From the NCBI GenBank assembly GCA_037441705.1, contig JBBIRR010000001.1, positions 160,001-224,000 on the forward strand: 64,000 bases of DNA, given 5' to 3'. This document shows positions 9,284 to 19,433 of this stretch, one piece after another. A program made the position numbers and the translations under genes. The number at the start of each line of letters is the position of its first letter. Within the stretch, counting starts at the first letter, position 1. The stretch is from Ignavibacteriales bacterium (GTDB taxonomy: Bacteria > Bacteroidota > Ignavibacteria > UBA10030 > UBA6906). The notes under the pieces are model-generated. The model was given only the letters and a program-made list of their open reading frames with translations, was not told the DNA's origin and did not search any database.

Positions 9284-10185
9284 CGCGACAAACTCCTTTG
9301 AATCCGATCCTTCAGGCGCCGGACTTGTGCCGAGAGCCGCACGAGACGCGGATGCCGATACGGGAATAGCATACCTCGCACGATCTCCCACGTTGAAGTA
9401 TGCTTCAGCCCGTTTGCTGCGAGATAGCTTTCCAGCCAGAGCAAGAACATCTTGCGTGTTGATGCCCACAGTCCGGCCTGATGCGATTGCGTTGTACACG
9501 CTTTCTCGTGCTGGCGGTATCGGTACCAGCATTCGCTCGAAACAAACACAGGAAACCGCGCGCAGAGCTTGGCGTGAAACGCTTGATCTTCATACATGCC
9601 GCGAAACATATCGTCGTATCCCCCTACCGTCTCGATGGCGCTGCGTCGAACCATGATATCACACAGGCTCGCCCATTCATCCTGCAAGAACATATCCAGC
9701 ACAGCCGGTGGTTGGATTACGGTATCGAGGGGGACACTGTACTTCTGTAGAAAGTCTCGACTCTGATCTTCGGGCTTTCGCGTCCAGCTATACCACCACT
9801 CCGTGCGGCCACAAACAAGCGCGGCCTCGGGCTGAGAGGTGAGAATCTCCACCTGTCGCTCGAGTTTGTGCGGAAGCCACACATCGTCGGCATCAATGAA
9901 CGAGATGAACGTCCCACGAGAGCGGGCGATACCCAGGTTTCGCGACGCACTCATCCCGCGATTCAGGTGTCCATCATGTTCGAGATAGATAAAGCGTGAT
10001 GGATCGGATGCCACATAGCTTCGAGCGATCGCGCTGCTGCTATCGGTCGATCCATCATCCACCAACAGCAGCTCCCAATCTTGAAACGATTGCTTCACGA
10101 CACTCTCGATTGCTTCGCGAAGAAACTCCTCTCCGTTAAGAAAGATCAACACAACTGAGACGTGAGGTGTCCGGGCTGCGTTCAT
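9280..10185 (-). CDS. Glycosyltransferase family 2
   Basis: VSVV...N.EEFL.EAIESV, LVDDGSTD, SASRNLGI, FIDADDVW.P.KLE.QV. Confidence 0.93.
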   Translation of the reverse strand: MNAARTPHVSVVLIFLNGEEFLREAIESVVKQSFQDWELLLVDDGSTDSSSAIARSYVASDPSRFIYLEHDGHLNRGMSASRNLGIARSRGTFISFIDADDVWLPHKLERQVEILTSQPEAALVCGRTEWWYSWTRKPEDQSRDFLQKYSVPLDTVIQPPAVLDMFLQDEWASLCDIMVRRSAIETVGGYDDMFRGMYEDQAFHAKLCARFPVFVSSECWYRYRQHEKACTTQSHQAGLWASTRKMFLLWLESYLAANGLKHTSTWEIVRGMLFPYRHPRLVRLSAQVRRLKDRIQRSLSR

Positions 10186-12119
10186 ATTGCCTTCCAATCG
10201 CTGGGGGTTGTACCAAGCGCACGCAACAGCGCAGATTCGAAGTAGGCGAAGGAGTGGACTTCCGCAATGTAGCGCTGGGCTTGTCTTCCGACGCCTTCTT
10301 TGTCGAACCTGCCCGTCACAACCTGTTCGATTGCTCCGGAGAAGAGGTCAAGCGTTTCGGCATCGCTGCCATCGCCGGACCTCTCGCCTACGAAAATCCC
10401 GAATCTCTTTGTCAGGTCATCTGGATTGAGCGCGGCGATGCAGGGTTTCGCAAACGCAAATCCCTCCAGCATCGCCACGGGCACCCCTTCGTGGATGCTG
10501 GTGTTGATGGTTGCCCACGCCGTCTTCAACAGCTTTTCCTTTTCTGCACCATCCACTCTTCCCAGAACTTTCAGATTAGGAATATCCCGATAGCGGGCGA
10601 GAATGGGGTTCATGATATGAGGATGGTGTGTTGTACCAGCGAGAAAGAAATCGCAGTGCGGGAACCGCCGTGCCAGTTCACAAAACACCCACGGACGCTT
10701 GATCGGGTCGAGGCGAGCAAGAAAAAGGAAACTGGGACGTTCGGAAGACGACGGCGCCCCGGGGGCAACAGGAATCGGCTTGGGCCAATGAAACGCCTCT
10801 ATGTGATCGAGGCCATAGAGCCGCCGCGCGATTTCGGCGAGATGGTTCGCCTCTGCGGCAAACAGCACCTTGCGACCGTAGGCGCGGCTGAGGTCCAGCA
10901 TCCGTCGCAAGGATTCGCCTCGGCGCTCTCCCTGTTCAATCAACTCGTCTACGGTGGTCGCACCCCATACCTCGATTTCCAGCGCAATCGTCCCAAGCTT
11001 GGCCCATACCTCCCGGTCTTTTGGGTCTTTGATCCAAATAATCCATGGGATGTAAGGAAAATGTTGCAGGTAGAATTCGTAGGATGGATAGTGATCAACA
11101 CCGACCCAGAGGTTCGTTCCGCGCCGAACAACGAGCTGTGTACATTGGAGGTGCGCTTTCACGCCCGGCCACCGCGGGAGAAATACAAGCTCGGCATTGT
11201 GATATTTCTTCATCGTAACCCGGGCAACATCTTTGCGTTCGCAAATGAAAACATCGCCCCGCAGCGGTCCAACATGCGTGTTCATGTGGTCTGTCACGTA
11301 CTTCAAGGTCATGCCGTATCCCCCGAAGGGCATCAAGTCCGGATGACTGAACTCGTCGCTCAAGAACCCGATATGCCACGATCGCCGCTGTCGCCCGATC
11401 TGTCGCGCCCTAAAGAGGAAGCGGCCGGCTTGAACAATCAACAACCCGATCAGTTTCTTCACGTTTTCCTTCATTCCCTCCGATGGTGTTCTCTGAGGAG
11501 GGACAACGCCGCGGTGGAGAAGTTCCTGCCAGGTCACTTTCGCGTTGCCGAGAACCTTCGCCCTCACCGACCGCCTTCCGAGGACGTAGTGCACGGCGAA
11601 TCGGTGATGTCCATGTTTGATGACATAGTAGTCGCTGCCGGCAATCTTCGCCACACTCAAGAATTCCTCCGGCACGGACGGATCATTCGAGGCATGTCGG
11701 GCAGGCGTTCCGTTCTTTATCGCGCGGTAAAGATCGAGAAAGACTTGCGCGCGCTCGATTACGCGTTCCGGCTGTGTAATGCCGAAGAACGAGCCGAAGA
11801 CCGCAATATCCTCGCAGCCGTGCTTGTAGTAGTCCGTTTTGGTGAAGCGTTCGAGATCGATCGTTGCTGCGCTCCTGAATTCCCGGAGGAACTTCACATG
11901 GGGAGAGTGATCGAGCAGGCAGTGCTTGCGTTCAGTGAATCCGCCCGTCAACAGTTTGTCAAGAGGGATGCGGCGCGCTGTCAGCCGAAAAACGAATCGG
12001 TGCCACATACGTATCCACCGCTGAAACGTTTTTGCGTGACCGAGGCGATAGGCAGTTCGCTGCAGCGCCCATATCGGATCAGCCGCTGCTCGCTGCACAT
12101 ATGTGGCAAGTGGTTTCAT
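10182..12119 (-). CDS. Glycosyltransferase family 4 with an N-terminal ParB/sulfiredoxin-like domain
   Basis: C-terminal GT-B (FLARLDPIKRP, INTSIHEGVPVAMLEGFAFAKP); the N-terminal ~215 aa contain YYVIKHGHHRFAVHYVLGRRSVRAKV, resembling the ParB/Srx xGxHR motif. Confidence 0.75.
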   Translation of the reverse strand: MKPLATYVQRAAADPIWALQRTAYRLGHAKTFQRWIRMWHRFVFRLTARRIPLDKLLTGGFTERKHCLLDHSPHVKFLREFRSAATIDLERFTKTDYYKHGCEDIAVFGSFFGITQPERVIERAQVFLDLYRAIKNGTPARHASNDPSVPEEFLSVAKIAGSDYYVIKHGHHRFAVHYVLGRRSVRAKVLGNAKVTWQELLHRGVVPPQRTPSEGMKENVKKLIGLLIVQAGRFLFRARQIGRQRRSWHIGFLSDEFSHPDLMPFGGYGMTLKYVTDHMNTHVGPLRGDVFICERKDVARVTMKKYHNAELVFLPRWPGVKAHLQCTQLVVRRGTNLWVGVDHYPSYEFYLQHFPYIPWIIWIKDPKDREVWAKLGTIALEIEVWGATTVDELIEQGERRGESLRRMLDLSRAYGRKVLFAAEANHLAEIARRLYGLDHIEAFHWPKPIPVAPGAPSSSERPSFLFLARLDPIKRPWVFCELARRFPHCDFFLAGTTHHPHIMNPILARYRDIPNLKVLGRVDGAEKEKLLKTAWATINTSIHEGVPVAMLEGFAFAKPCIAALNPDDLTKRFGIFVGERSGDGSDAETLDLFSGAIEQVVTGRFDKEGVGRQAQRYIAEVHSFAYFESALLRALGTTPSDWKAI

Positions 12120-12145
12120 GGACGTGTACTTGAAAGCAAGATGGG

Positions 12146-13303
12146 TTAGTTACGTAACACCGAACTGTAGTGTGCTTCCAGCACGTTCAGCTCCTTGTCA
12201 ATGTCATGGTATGTTTCGATAAACGCACGCCCAACTCGTCCCATCTGTGCCCACATCTCCTGGTGGTCGATCAACTGCACGACGTTGGCGGCCATTGCTT
12301 CACAATCCCGTTCCGGCGAGAGGAGAGCACTCTGGCCAGGCACGACAACGTTCGGAATGTCTGCGTGAAGAGTACTGACAACGGGGATTTCCATTGCCTG
12401 GGCTTCGAGGATTGTTGTGGGCGCGCCGCCTTCACTGTTTCCGTCATCAGCGGTAATACTGTGGTGCAGATAGATGTCGGCCTTGCTCATCTCTTCAAGA
12501 TAGGCATGGTGATTCAACGGCCCGAGAAGTCGAACGCAGTCGTGCATGCGATGATCACGGATGAAATTTTCGATTGCCGGTTTCATTACGCCATCACCGA
12601 CAATGCGGAACTCAAACGTTTTTCCCTGCTGCCGCACGAGGTCGAGCGCCTTCAGCGCGTATAGGACGCCCTTCTTCTCCACCAGCCGACCGCAAAAGAA
12701 AAAAACGGGCGGTTCATTGTGCTTTTTCGGCATGCGTGCACGAAAGGGGGTTTTGGAAAGCGGTATGCCAATTCTCTGAATACCGACCTTCTCCGCTGAG
12801 GCTCCCATGGCAACGAGACGTGACTTCATAAACTCTCCCTCTACAAGAAAGCGCGCCCCTTCCTGAAAGAGCCGCTTGTACTTCTCGCGCCATTCTTCTT
12901 GCTCAGCATAGCGTGAGACGTCGTACCCGTAGAAGCTGGTGATAATCGGGATCCTCTGTTTGCCCCTCAGCTCCAACGCTTGCCAGCCCCGTGGTCCAAA
13001 ATGAGCATGAATGAGCCGTACCTCGCGGCGTTTGAGGATTTCTTCACTCAAGGACAATGACCGACCGCTGAGACGGCGACCGATACCGCGCCGAAACCAA
13101 CGCCAGGAGTATTTTTGAGGGGCGCGCAAGGGGAGTGTATAGGCGTCACGTTCCGGAATCCGATAGTGCGTCAAAGGACGGAACTCTTCCGCAAAGTACA
13201 CGTTCCGGAATCGCCTCAATCGCAAAAGGAATTCATAGATGAAAGGCTGAATCTCTAGAAAAAAGCAATCGTTCATCTGAGCAACGACGGGCCTGGTGTT
13301 CAT
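12146..13303 (-). CDS. Glycosyltransferase family 4 (WcaL-like)
   Basis: LIHAHFG, SFYGYDVS, GRLVEKKG, YLHHSITADDGNSEGGAPTTILEAQA. Confidence 0.9.
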   Translation of the reverse strand: MNTRPVVAQMNDCFFLEIQPFIYEFLLRLRRFRNVYFAEEFRPLTHYRIPERDAYTLPLRAPQKYSWRWFRRGIGRRLSGRSLSLSEEILKRREVRLIHAHFGPRGWQALELRGKQRIPIITSFYGYDVSRYAEQEEWREKYKRLFQEGARFLVEGEFMKSRLVAMGASAEKVGIQRIGIPLSKTPFRARMPKKHNEPPVFFFCGRLVEKKGVLYALKALDLVRQQGKTFEFRIVGDGVMKPAIENFIRDHRMHDCVRLLGPLNHHAYLEEMSKADIYLHHSITADDGNSEGGAPTTILEAQAMEIPVVSTLHADIPNVVVPGQSALLSPERDCEAMAANVVQLIDHQEMWAQMGRVGRAFIETYHDIDKELNVLEAHYSSVLRN

Positions 13304-13309
13304 TCTGCA

Positions 13310-14500
13310 TCACCCATCTCGTTGAAGGATTGACCGCACCGCACGGATAACATCATCTACGTCTTGATCCGAGAGCTTTGGGGAGAGCGGCAAGGAGACG
13401 GTCCGATCCGAAATCCACTCCGCATTCGGAAAATCGCCTCGCCGGTAGCCGAAGGTTTTCCGATAAAAGGGATGCAGGTGGAGAGCAATGTAATGCACGC
13501 CGACGCCGATCCGTGCCTCCGTCATCTTCTGAAGAAAGACGCCACGTCGCATTTTGCATCGTTGGATATCCAACAACAGGGTGTAGAGATGGAACGCATG
13601 ACGTGTGTTCGGCTCAGGATCCCGCGGAAGAATCACAGGTAAGTCGGCAAACGCTTCGTTGTAGCGCAGCCAGATCTGTTGCCGCCTCTGCCAGTACCGA
13701 TTGACACGCGGCAACTGATGGATGCCGATGGCCGCCTGGATATCCATCATGTTGTATTTGAATCCGGCATGAACCACCTTGTAGTGCTTGTAGCCTGCAT
13801 CGCTGAAACGACGCCAGGCATCTTTGCTCATGCCGTGCAGCGCCAGCACCTTGATGCGCTCCGCATAAGCCTTTCGGCGGGTAATGACCATCCCTCCTTC
13901 GCCAGTTACGATGTTCTTCGTGACGTAAAAACTGAAGCAGCCTAAGTCGCCAAATGTCCCGGCGTGCTTGCCGTGATATTCTGTCTCGATTGCATGTGCG
14001 CAATCCTCAATCACTTTCAATCGGTGTTTGCGCGCCAGAGCCATAATGTCATCCATGTCGCAGGGCCGTCCTGCGAAGTGCACGGGGATGACGGCCCGTG
14101 ACCGTGAAGTTATCTTGCGCGCAAGATCATCAGGCGAGATGTTCTGCGTGTCCCGTTCACAGTCCACGAAGACGGGTCGGCCGCCTGCATGGATCACCGC
14201 ATTGGCGGTTGCGGCAAACGTCATTGCCGGCACAAGCACCTCATCGCCTGGCCGCACTCCGATGGCAAGAAGCGAGAGATGCAGGGCAGCCGTGCACGAG
14301 TTGAGCGCAAGGCCGTATGGACTTCCCTTGTATTGCGCAAACATTTCCTCAAACTGCTTGACCTTGGGTCCGGTTCCGAGCCATCCCGACTGCAATGAGC
14401 GCGTAACTTCTGCAATTTCCTCAGCCTCTATGAGCGGATTCCCAAATATCAGGAACGTGCTTCTTTTTGTTGGCGGCGTTGGTTGTGCTCGACCTGACAT
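13310..14500 (-). CDS. DegT/DnrJ/EryC1/StrS nucleotide-sugar aminotransferase
   Basis: SGWLGTGP, NSCTAALHL, PVHFAG, IEDCAHA, FSFYVTKNIVTGEGG (PLP lysine), GFKYNMMDIQAA; AGGAG RBS before ATG 14500. Confidence 0.95.
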   Translation of the reverse strand: MSGRAQPTPPTKRSTFLIFGNPLIEAEEIAEVTRSLQSGWLGTGPKVKQFEEMFAQYKGSPYGLALNSCTAALHLSLLAIGVRPGDEVLVPAMTFAATANAVIHAGGRPVFVDCERDTQNISPDDLARKITSRSRAVIPVHFAGRPCDMDDIMALARKHRLKVIEDCAHAIETEYHGKHAGTFGDLGCFSFYVTKNIVTGEGGMVITRRKAYAERIKVLALHGMSKDAWRRFSDAGYKHYKVVHAGFKYNMMDIQAAIGIHQLPRVNRYWQRRQQIWLRYNEAFADLPVILPRDPEPNTRHAFHLYTLLLDIQRCKMRRGVFLQKMTEARIGVGVHYIALHLHPFYRKTFGYRRGDFPNAEWISDRTVSLPLSPKLSDQDVDDVIRAVRSILQRDG

Positions 14501-14513
14501 GGAAACTCCTGAA

Positions 14514-15815
14514 TCAATGAACCTCAACGGTTTCGGGCACACTCCACTGATAGTCAAAATGGAGATACCCTTTAGCCCACGTATAATGGCCTGCACTTCT
14601 TTGGTTGCCGGAGGTAGGACGAATGCTGAAGAAGGCAGCCTCCGGGAGATGGTCCTGCCGCGCTCCATCTCCGAAGAGACGCAGCATGAGGACATACTCG
14701 CCTGAACGCAAGTAGTTCGGATCGAATCGAAGCTGAATGCTGTAGCGACCGGGATCGAACCGATGAGAAAACTCCGGCGAGGCGACGGTAAAGAGTTTGA
14801 TCTCCTCTTTCAGTGTCTTGATCGTGCAGCCCAGCTGCAGATGCTCCAGCGGTTCGTCCACACGAAAGCCGAGTTCGACAACGAACGGCTCCTGTTCATA
14901 GACTGAAGGCGTTTCTTCTCCCTTACTATTGACAAGGCGAACCCATTCGTACCGTGCCTTGGTGCCGACAATACTCTCATCGCGTTCAAGGTCAATCAGA
15001 GAGGCTCTGCTCTTTCGCTCGACCTGTGCCTCTATGTGCTGGACATACTGCCGCACCACCTCATTCGTAGGACCAGAGGCAACAATCTGCCCCGCTTCGA
15101 GCATGAAGCTACGCTGGGTTAGGTTGAGAATGGAGGACATGTTATGACTGACGAACAACAGTGTGCGTCCTTCACTGGCAACGCTCTCCATTTTTCCGAG
15201 GCATTTCCGTTGAAAAGCAAGATCGCCAACGGCCAGCACTTCATCCACAATGAGAATCTCCGGCTCGAGGTGTGCTGCCACGGCGAACGCCAGCCGCACA
15301 TACATGCCGGACGAGTACCGCTTCACGGGCGTGTCGAGGAATTTCTCTACCTCCGCGAACGCAACAATCTCATCGAACTTCTTCTTGATCTCGGCCTTGC
15401 TCATTCCTAATACAGCACCATTCATGAAGATGTTCTCGCGTCCGGTCAATTCAGGATGAAAGCCCGTTCCAACTTCCAGCAGACTGGCGACGCGTCCTTT
15501 GATGCGGATGCGTCCCGTGGTCGGCTCGGTGACGCGGCTGAAAATTTTCAGCAGCGTGGATTTGCCGGCACCGTTCCTGCCGATGACGCCGATCCGCTCG
15601 CCCTGCCGGATTTCCAGCGATATGTTCTTCAAAGCCCAGAATTCTTCCCGCGTGGAATACATCCCGCCTGCGTGCTGCGGCGAACGAACTTTGCGCAACA
15701 GCGTCTGCGCTGCAGCCGAGAGGGCATCCTTGAGTGTCGGATTCCGGTTCTGCTGACGGTGGACAAGGATATATTTTTTTCCCACGTTCTCGACGCAGAT
15801 AACGGGTTCAGCCAT
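14514..15815 (-). CDS. wzt: Polysaccharide ABC transporter ATP-binding protein with Wzt C-terminal domain
   Basis: FWALKNIS, Walker A GRNGAGKST, GFHPELTGREN, YSSGMYVRLAF, ILIVDEVLAVGD; C-terminal extension. Confidence 0.95.
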   Translation of the reverse strand: MAEPVICVENVGKKYILVHRQQNRNPTLKDALSAAAQTLLRKVRSPQHAGGMYSTREEFWALKNISLEIRQGERIGVIGRNGAGKSTLLKIFSRVTEPTTGRIRIKGRVASLLEVGTGFHPELTGRENIFMNGAVLGMSKAEIKKKFDEIVAFAEVEKFLDTPVKRYSSGMYVRLAFAVAAHLEPEILIVDEVLAVGDLAFQRKCLGKMESVASEGRTLLFVSHNMSSILNLTQRSFMLEAGQIVASGPTNEVVRQYVQHIEAQVERKSRASLIDLERDESIVGTKARYEWVRLVNSKGEETPSVYEQEPFVVELGFRVDEPLEHLQLGCTIKTLKEEIKLFTVASPEFSHRFDPGRYSIQLRFDPNYLRSGEYVLMLRLFGDGARQDHLPEAAFFSIRPTSGNQRSAGHYTWAKGYLHFDYQWSVPETVEVH

Positions 15816-15871
15816 GGCGCAAGCACAGCAAACAACGACAGGGTCTGGAAAGAGTTCGAATCATGATTCGC

Positions 15872-17353
15872 TCAAGGACTTGGCAGCGGGAGACGTCCGG
15901 AAACTGCCACAAGAGCATACAAAAAGCAGATGATAATGCCTGTTGGCAACATCACCCAGGCCCAATGGTGCCGGTGTTTGAAGCCCACGATTCCCTTCAT
16001 GCTCAGAGGCAAAAGCAATGGAATCACATCAATAGCATAGAGCATTCGTGCGGCAACCGCCATGTGGATGAGCGTAAAAGTCCCAACAGCCACAACAATC
16101 GGCCACGCGCGCGTCGGTAGGGCACGCGCACCACCGAGAAGGGCAAAGGCAAGAAACAGCCCGTGCTCCAGCATTAGAAAATAGTCGGAGAAGCTGGCTG
16201 CTTGACCGTAGGCCTCAGGAACTTTCCAGTTGAACCACAGCGGCAGGGCACGGTAGAAGGAAAGGAGAACGTACTCTCCGGGATGCGAGAGGATAATGCG
16301 CGCAGATTCCTTCTGCAACAGGCGGTCGAATTCTGCTTCGTTTTCGCGCCCCGTGAGTTCTGGATGTTTTGACACAAAGGCCAACAGCGCACGCTCGGTC
16401 CCCGGGCCCGCCACAAACGGTACGAACTTGCCCTCTTCCAAGAAATGGTTCTGACGATAGAGATTATACCCAAACAACGTTGTCCCAATAACCGGACGGC
16501 CGAACGCGAGATAGTTCCTCGCAATCCAAGGCAGTTGGACGGCAGAGAAGACAAGCAGGAATAAACCAACGGCACGGGCGTTCATCGCTGCACGTTGGTT
16601 GTTCAACGCCGGTTTCTTCCATGCAATCACAGCCAACCCCGTCAGCCCCAGAGCCACAGCCATGAATGCAGAGCGAGACAACACCGCCAGGCCCAGCATC
16701 AGGCCCGAGGCTGCCCACCAGCCGGTGCCGCCATCAGACCAAGCACGCGCGAAGAAGGCAAGCGACCATACGGCACACGCAGCAGCGATAAGGTCAACCT
16801 CCTTGGCGGAGACTTCTCGAATTGCCGGAAGGTACACAACCCAGAACAACGCGGAGATCATCGCAAGCCGGTTGTCCTCAAGCCTCCGTGCAAGAGCGAC
16901 GATGCCAAAGAGGGTTATGATCCGGATAGCGATGTGGAACGCGCCGAGCGCAAAGTACGAACCGCCTGCAAGCAGACCGATCCCGGCAAAGAGCAAGACG
17001 GGCACAGGCTCTCGTGCCGCGCTCACCTTATTGCTCGGACTGCTGAACGGGAAATACGATGGCGCAATGAAACTGTATCCTTCGCCCTTCCGCAGTGACT
17101 CGGCAATATCCCACGACATTCCGGTAAACGATATTGCTGAATGCCGTGAATGCCAAACATGATAACCATCGATCGCCACAATCATCAACGCCAGGGCGAG
17201 GAGGATGGTTATGGAAGAGCGATCGCCCCGAAGCAGGAATTGCTCCTTCACCATCCTCACAACACCTTCTATCCGTTTTCCAAGGTTCTGACTCATAAGA
17301 GAAAGAAGTTGAGCTTTTTGTGTGTCAGACGTGTGACGCCCACGAGTTGCCAT
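15872..17353 (-). CDS. Polytopic GT-C fold glycosyltransferase (ArnT/PMT-like)
   Basis: Many TM segments; IA.SL..GEGYS, REPVP.LL, GLAVLSR, PWIARNY..FG. Start codon uncertain (17353, 17298 or 17254). Confidence 0.7.
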   Translation of the reverse strand: MATRGRHTSDTQKAQLLSLMSQNLGKRIEGVVRMVKEQFLLRGDRSSITILLALALMIVAIDGYHVWHSRHSAISFTGMSWDIAESLRKGEGYSFIAPSYFPFSSPSNKVSAAREPVPVLLFAGIGLLAGGSYFALGAFHIAIRIITLFGIVALARRLEDNRLAMISALFWVVYLPAIREVSAKEVDLIAAACAVWSLAFFARAWSDGGTGWWAASGLMLGLAVLSRSAFMAVALGLTGLAVIAWKKPALNNQRAAMNARAVGLFLLVFSAVQLPWIARNYLAFGRPVIGTTLFGYNLYRQNHFLEEGKFVPFVAGPGTERALLAFVSKHPELTGRENEAEFDRLLQKESARIILSHPGEYVLLSFYRALPLWFNWKVPEAYGQAASFSDYFLMLEHGLFLAFALLGGARALPTRAWPIVVAVGTFTLIHMAVAARMLYAIDVIPLLLPLSMKGIVGFKHRHHWAWVMLPTGIIICFLYALVAVSGRLPLPSP

Positions 17354-17365
17354 CGCCGTCGTCGT

Positions 17366-18190
17366 TCAGATGACATCGGCAAATGTTCGCTCCGTTCGGC
17401 GGAAGTACCACATGCCCGAAAGCATCAACAGAGCGACAATCGAAATCGAAAGCACGAGCCCCGGCAGAAACAACTGCTGCGCTCCACCCAGGAGCGACCA
17501 GCGGATGCCGTCAATCCCCGCTGCCATTGGATTGACGTAGTACAGCAATCGCCATTGTTCCGGGATGACGCTGCTGGTGAACCCCACAGGCGAGACGTAC
17601 ACGCCAAGCTGAATGACAAATGGAATGATGTGCTGAAAATCCCGATACTTCACATTCAGCGCAGCGAACCACAGGCCCAGGCCGAGCGACGCGCCGAGTG
17701 TGAAAAGCAGAAACAGCGGAAACAGCACCACGCGGCCATCGGGAACGACGCCGTACCATCCCATCAGTCCCGCCAGCATCAGTGCGGAAATGCCGAAGTC
17801 AACCAGACTTGTGATGATGGCACTGAGCGGTATGATGAGACGCGGGAAATACACTTTCGAGATCATTCCTGCGTTCTTGGTCATGCTGTAGCTGCATTCG
17901 GACAGCCCGTTGGCAAAAAGTTGCCATGGAAGAATGCCGGCGAAAACCAGGAGAGGATACGGGACTCCTTCGGAAGGAAGCCCGGCGATTCTGCCGAAGA
18001 TGATCGTAAAGATGACCATTGTGAGCGCCGGACGCACAAACGCCCATGCAACGCCGATCACCGTCTGCTTGTAGCGGACGAGAATGTCGCGCCAGGCGAG
18101 AAAGAGGAACAGTTCGCGGTAGCGCCAGATATCGCGCCAGTACTGTGCTTCCGTCCTTCCTGCTTCGATGATGACTTCGGGTGTCTCCAC
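17366..18190 (-). CDS. wzm: Polysaccharide ABC transporter permease
   Basis: YRELFLFLAWRDILVRYKQT.IG.AW, KVYFPR, YRDF.HI.PF, Y.SPV, NP; ends ERTFADVI. Confidence 0.95.
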   Translation of the reverse strand: METPEVIIEAGRTEAQYWRDIWRYRELFLFLAWRDILVRYKQTVIGVAWAFVRPALTMVIFTIIFGRIAGLPSEGVPYPLLVFAGILPWQLFANGLSECSYSMTKNAGMISKVYFPRLIIPLSAIITSLVDFGISALMLAGLMGWYGVVPDGRVVLFPLFLLFTLGASLGLGLWFAALNVKYRDFQHIIPFVIQLGVYVSPVGFTSSVIPEQWRLLYYVNPMAAGIDGIRWSLLGGAQQLFLPGLVLSISIVALLMLSGMWYFRRTERTFADVI

Positions 18191-18227
18191 GGCGCCTGAA
18201 AAGTTTTGATAAGGTTCTGATTCTGAT

Positions 18228-19334
18228 TCACAGGGATCCGCTTCGAAGACGCGCCATCCGACCGTGATGAATTCTGTCGTACAACCGGCGCGGGCGTGCG
18301 TTTTCTCCTGTCGGAGGTTCCTGCTGAGCTGTGTGCGGCTGCGCGGCAGGTTCGGAATTCCCTTCTTTCTTTGTCAGAGCACCACGCAACGAACGCCACC
18401 CGCGGTCGTCCTGCAACAATCGTGATGTCACCGGATGGGTAATGAACCGAATCAGTGCCTTCAGCAGCGTGAGATGGAACTCGGAGGACACAATCCGCAA
18501 CAGGTCGGCGGCAAAGCTCCTCCACAGATACACAAGCGTCACTCCGTACTGACTCTGCCGGTTACTCTTGCCCGTAAGATATAAATAGAAGTAACTCTTG
18601 GAATATCGTGTGATAGATGCCGGCACCCGGGGATTGCGATGACGAAGTTCCGTCGTAAAAGCCGCAAAGGCCCGCTCCATCCGCCGGTGGTTTGCCGAGA
18701 GGCTGGTCAACACTTCGCGGTAGCCGACGAGAATCTTCGGCACAAGCCGATACTGAAAGCGTTCGGCAATCCGAAGGTACATATCCCACTCCTCGCACGG
18801 TGTCGTGGCGCCGTTGTACAGGCCCACAGCATCGAAGCAAGACCGACGGATCAACGCGCAGCTTCCGTTGCCGAGAAAGTTGGAGAACATGAGGTCGGCG
18901 ACCACATTACCCTCATATCTGTGCGTGATGGGAACAATGGGCCGATCATCTTCATCAATAATCATGGACCAGCAATAGATGAGGCCCACGCTGTCCTCGC
19001 AGTCCTGCATTACCCTCACCTGCTCGCTCAGTTTTTCCGGATACCACACGTCGTCCGAATCGAGCGGGGCAATAAGGTCGCCCTTCGATTGCTGAATGCC
19101 GAGGTTGCGTGCCGTGGCGACGCCGCCGTTGTCTTTCCGCAGCAGAACGACGCGCCCATCCTGCTGGCAGAATGACTCAACGATCTGCGGCGTCTCATCG
19201 GTCGAGCCGTCATCCACCACGATGATTTCCATGTTGGGATACGTCTGCCCCACCGCCGAACGCAGCGTGCGCTCGATGAAGCGTGCCGCGTTGTACGAAG
19301 GAATGACAACAGAAACCAAGGGATGTGTGGGCAC
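18228..19334 (-). CDS. Glycosyltransferase family 2
   Basis: VSVVIPSYNA..FI..TL.S, VVDDGSTD, GGVATARNLGI, LDSDDVW.PEKL. Confidence 0.94.
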   Translation of the reverse strand: MPTHPLVSVVIPSYNAARFIERTLRSAVGQTYPNMEIIVVDDGSTDETPQIVESFCQQDGRVVLLRKDNGGVATARNLGIQQSKGDLIAPLDSDDVWYPEKLSEQVRVMQDCEDSVGLIYCWSMIIDEDDRPIVPITHRYEGNVVADLMFSNFLGNGSCALIRRSCFDAVGLYNGATTPCEEWDMYLRIAERFQYRLVPKILVGYREVLTSLSANHRRMERAFAAFTTELRHRNPRVPASITRYSKSYFYLYLTGKSNRQSQYGVTLVYLWRSFAADLLRIVSSEFHLTLLKALIRFITHPVTSRLLQDDRGWRSLRGALTKKEGNSEPAAQPHTAQQEPPTGENARPRRLYDRIHHGRMARLRSGSL

Positions 19335-19433
19335 GGGTCTTCAGGGATCAAAGAGTTTGGTTCTACCGAAGCAACGTGAGAGAATTCCGGCTGCCATCGC
19401 ATGTTGCCGTCACAGGCGAGGGCACCGCCATCC

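Noticed and set aside
10167-12149. 660-aa plus-strand ORF
   Set aside because: Antisense shadow of the GT4 fusion gene; no recognisable motifs. Long shadow ORFs are common throughout this GC-rich window.
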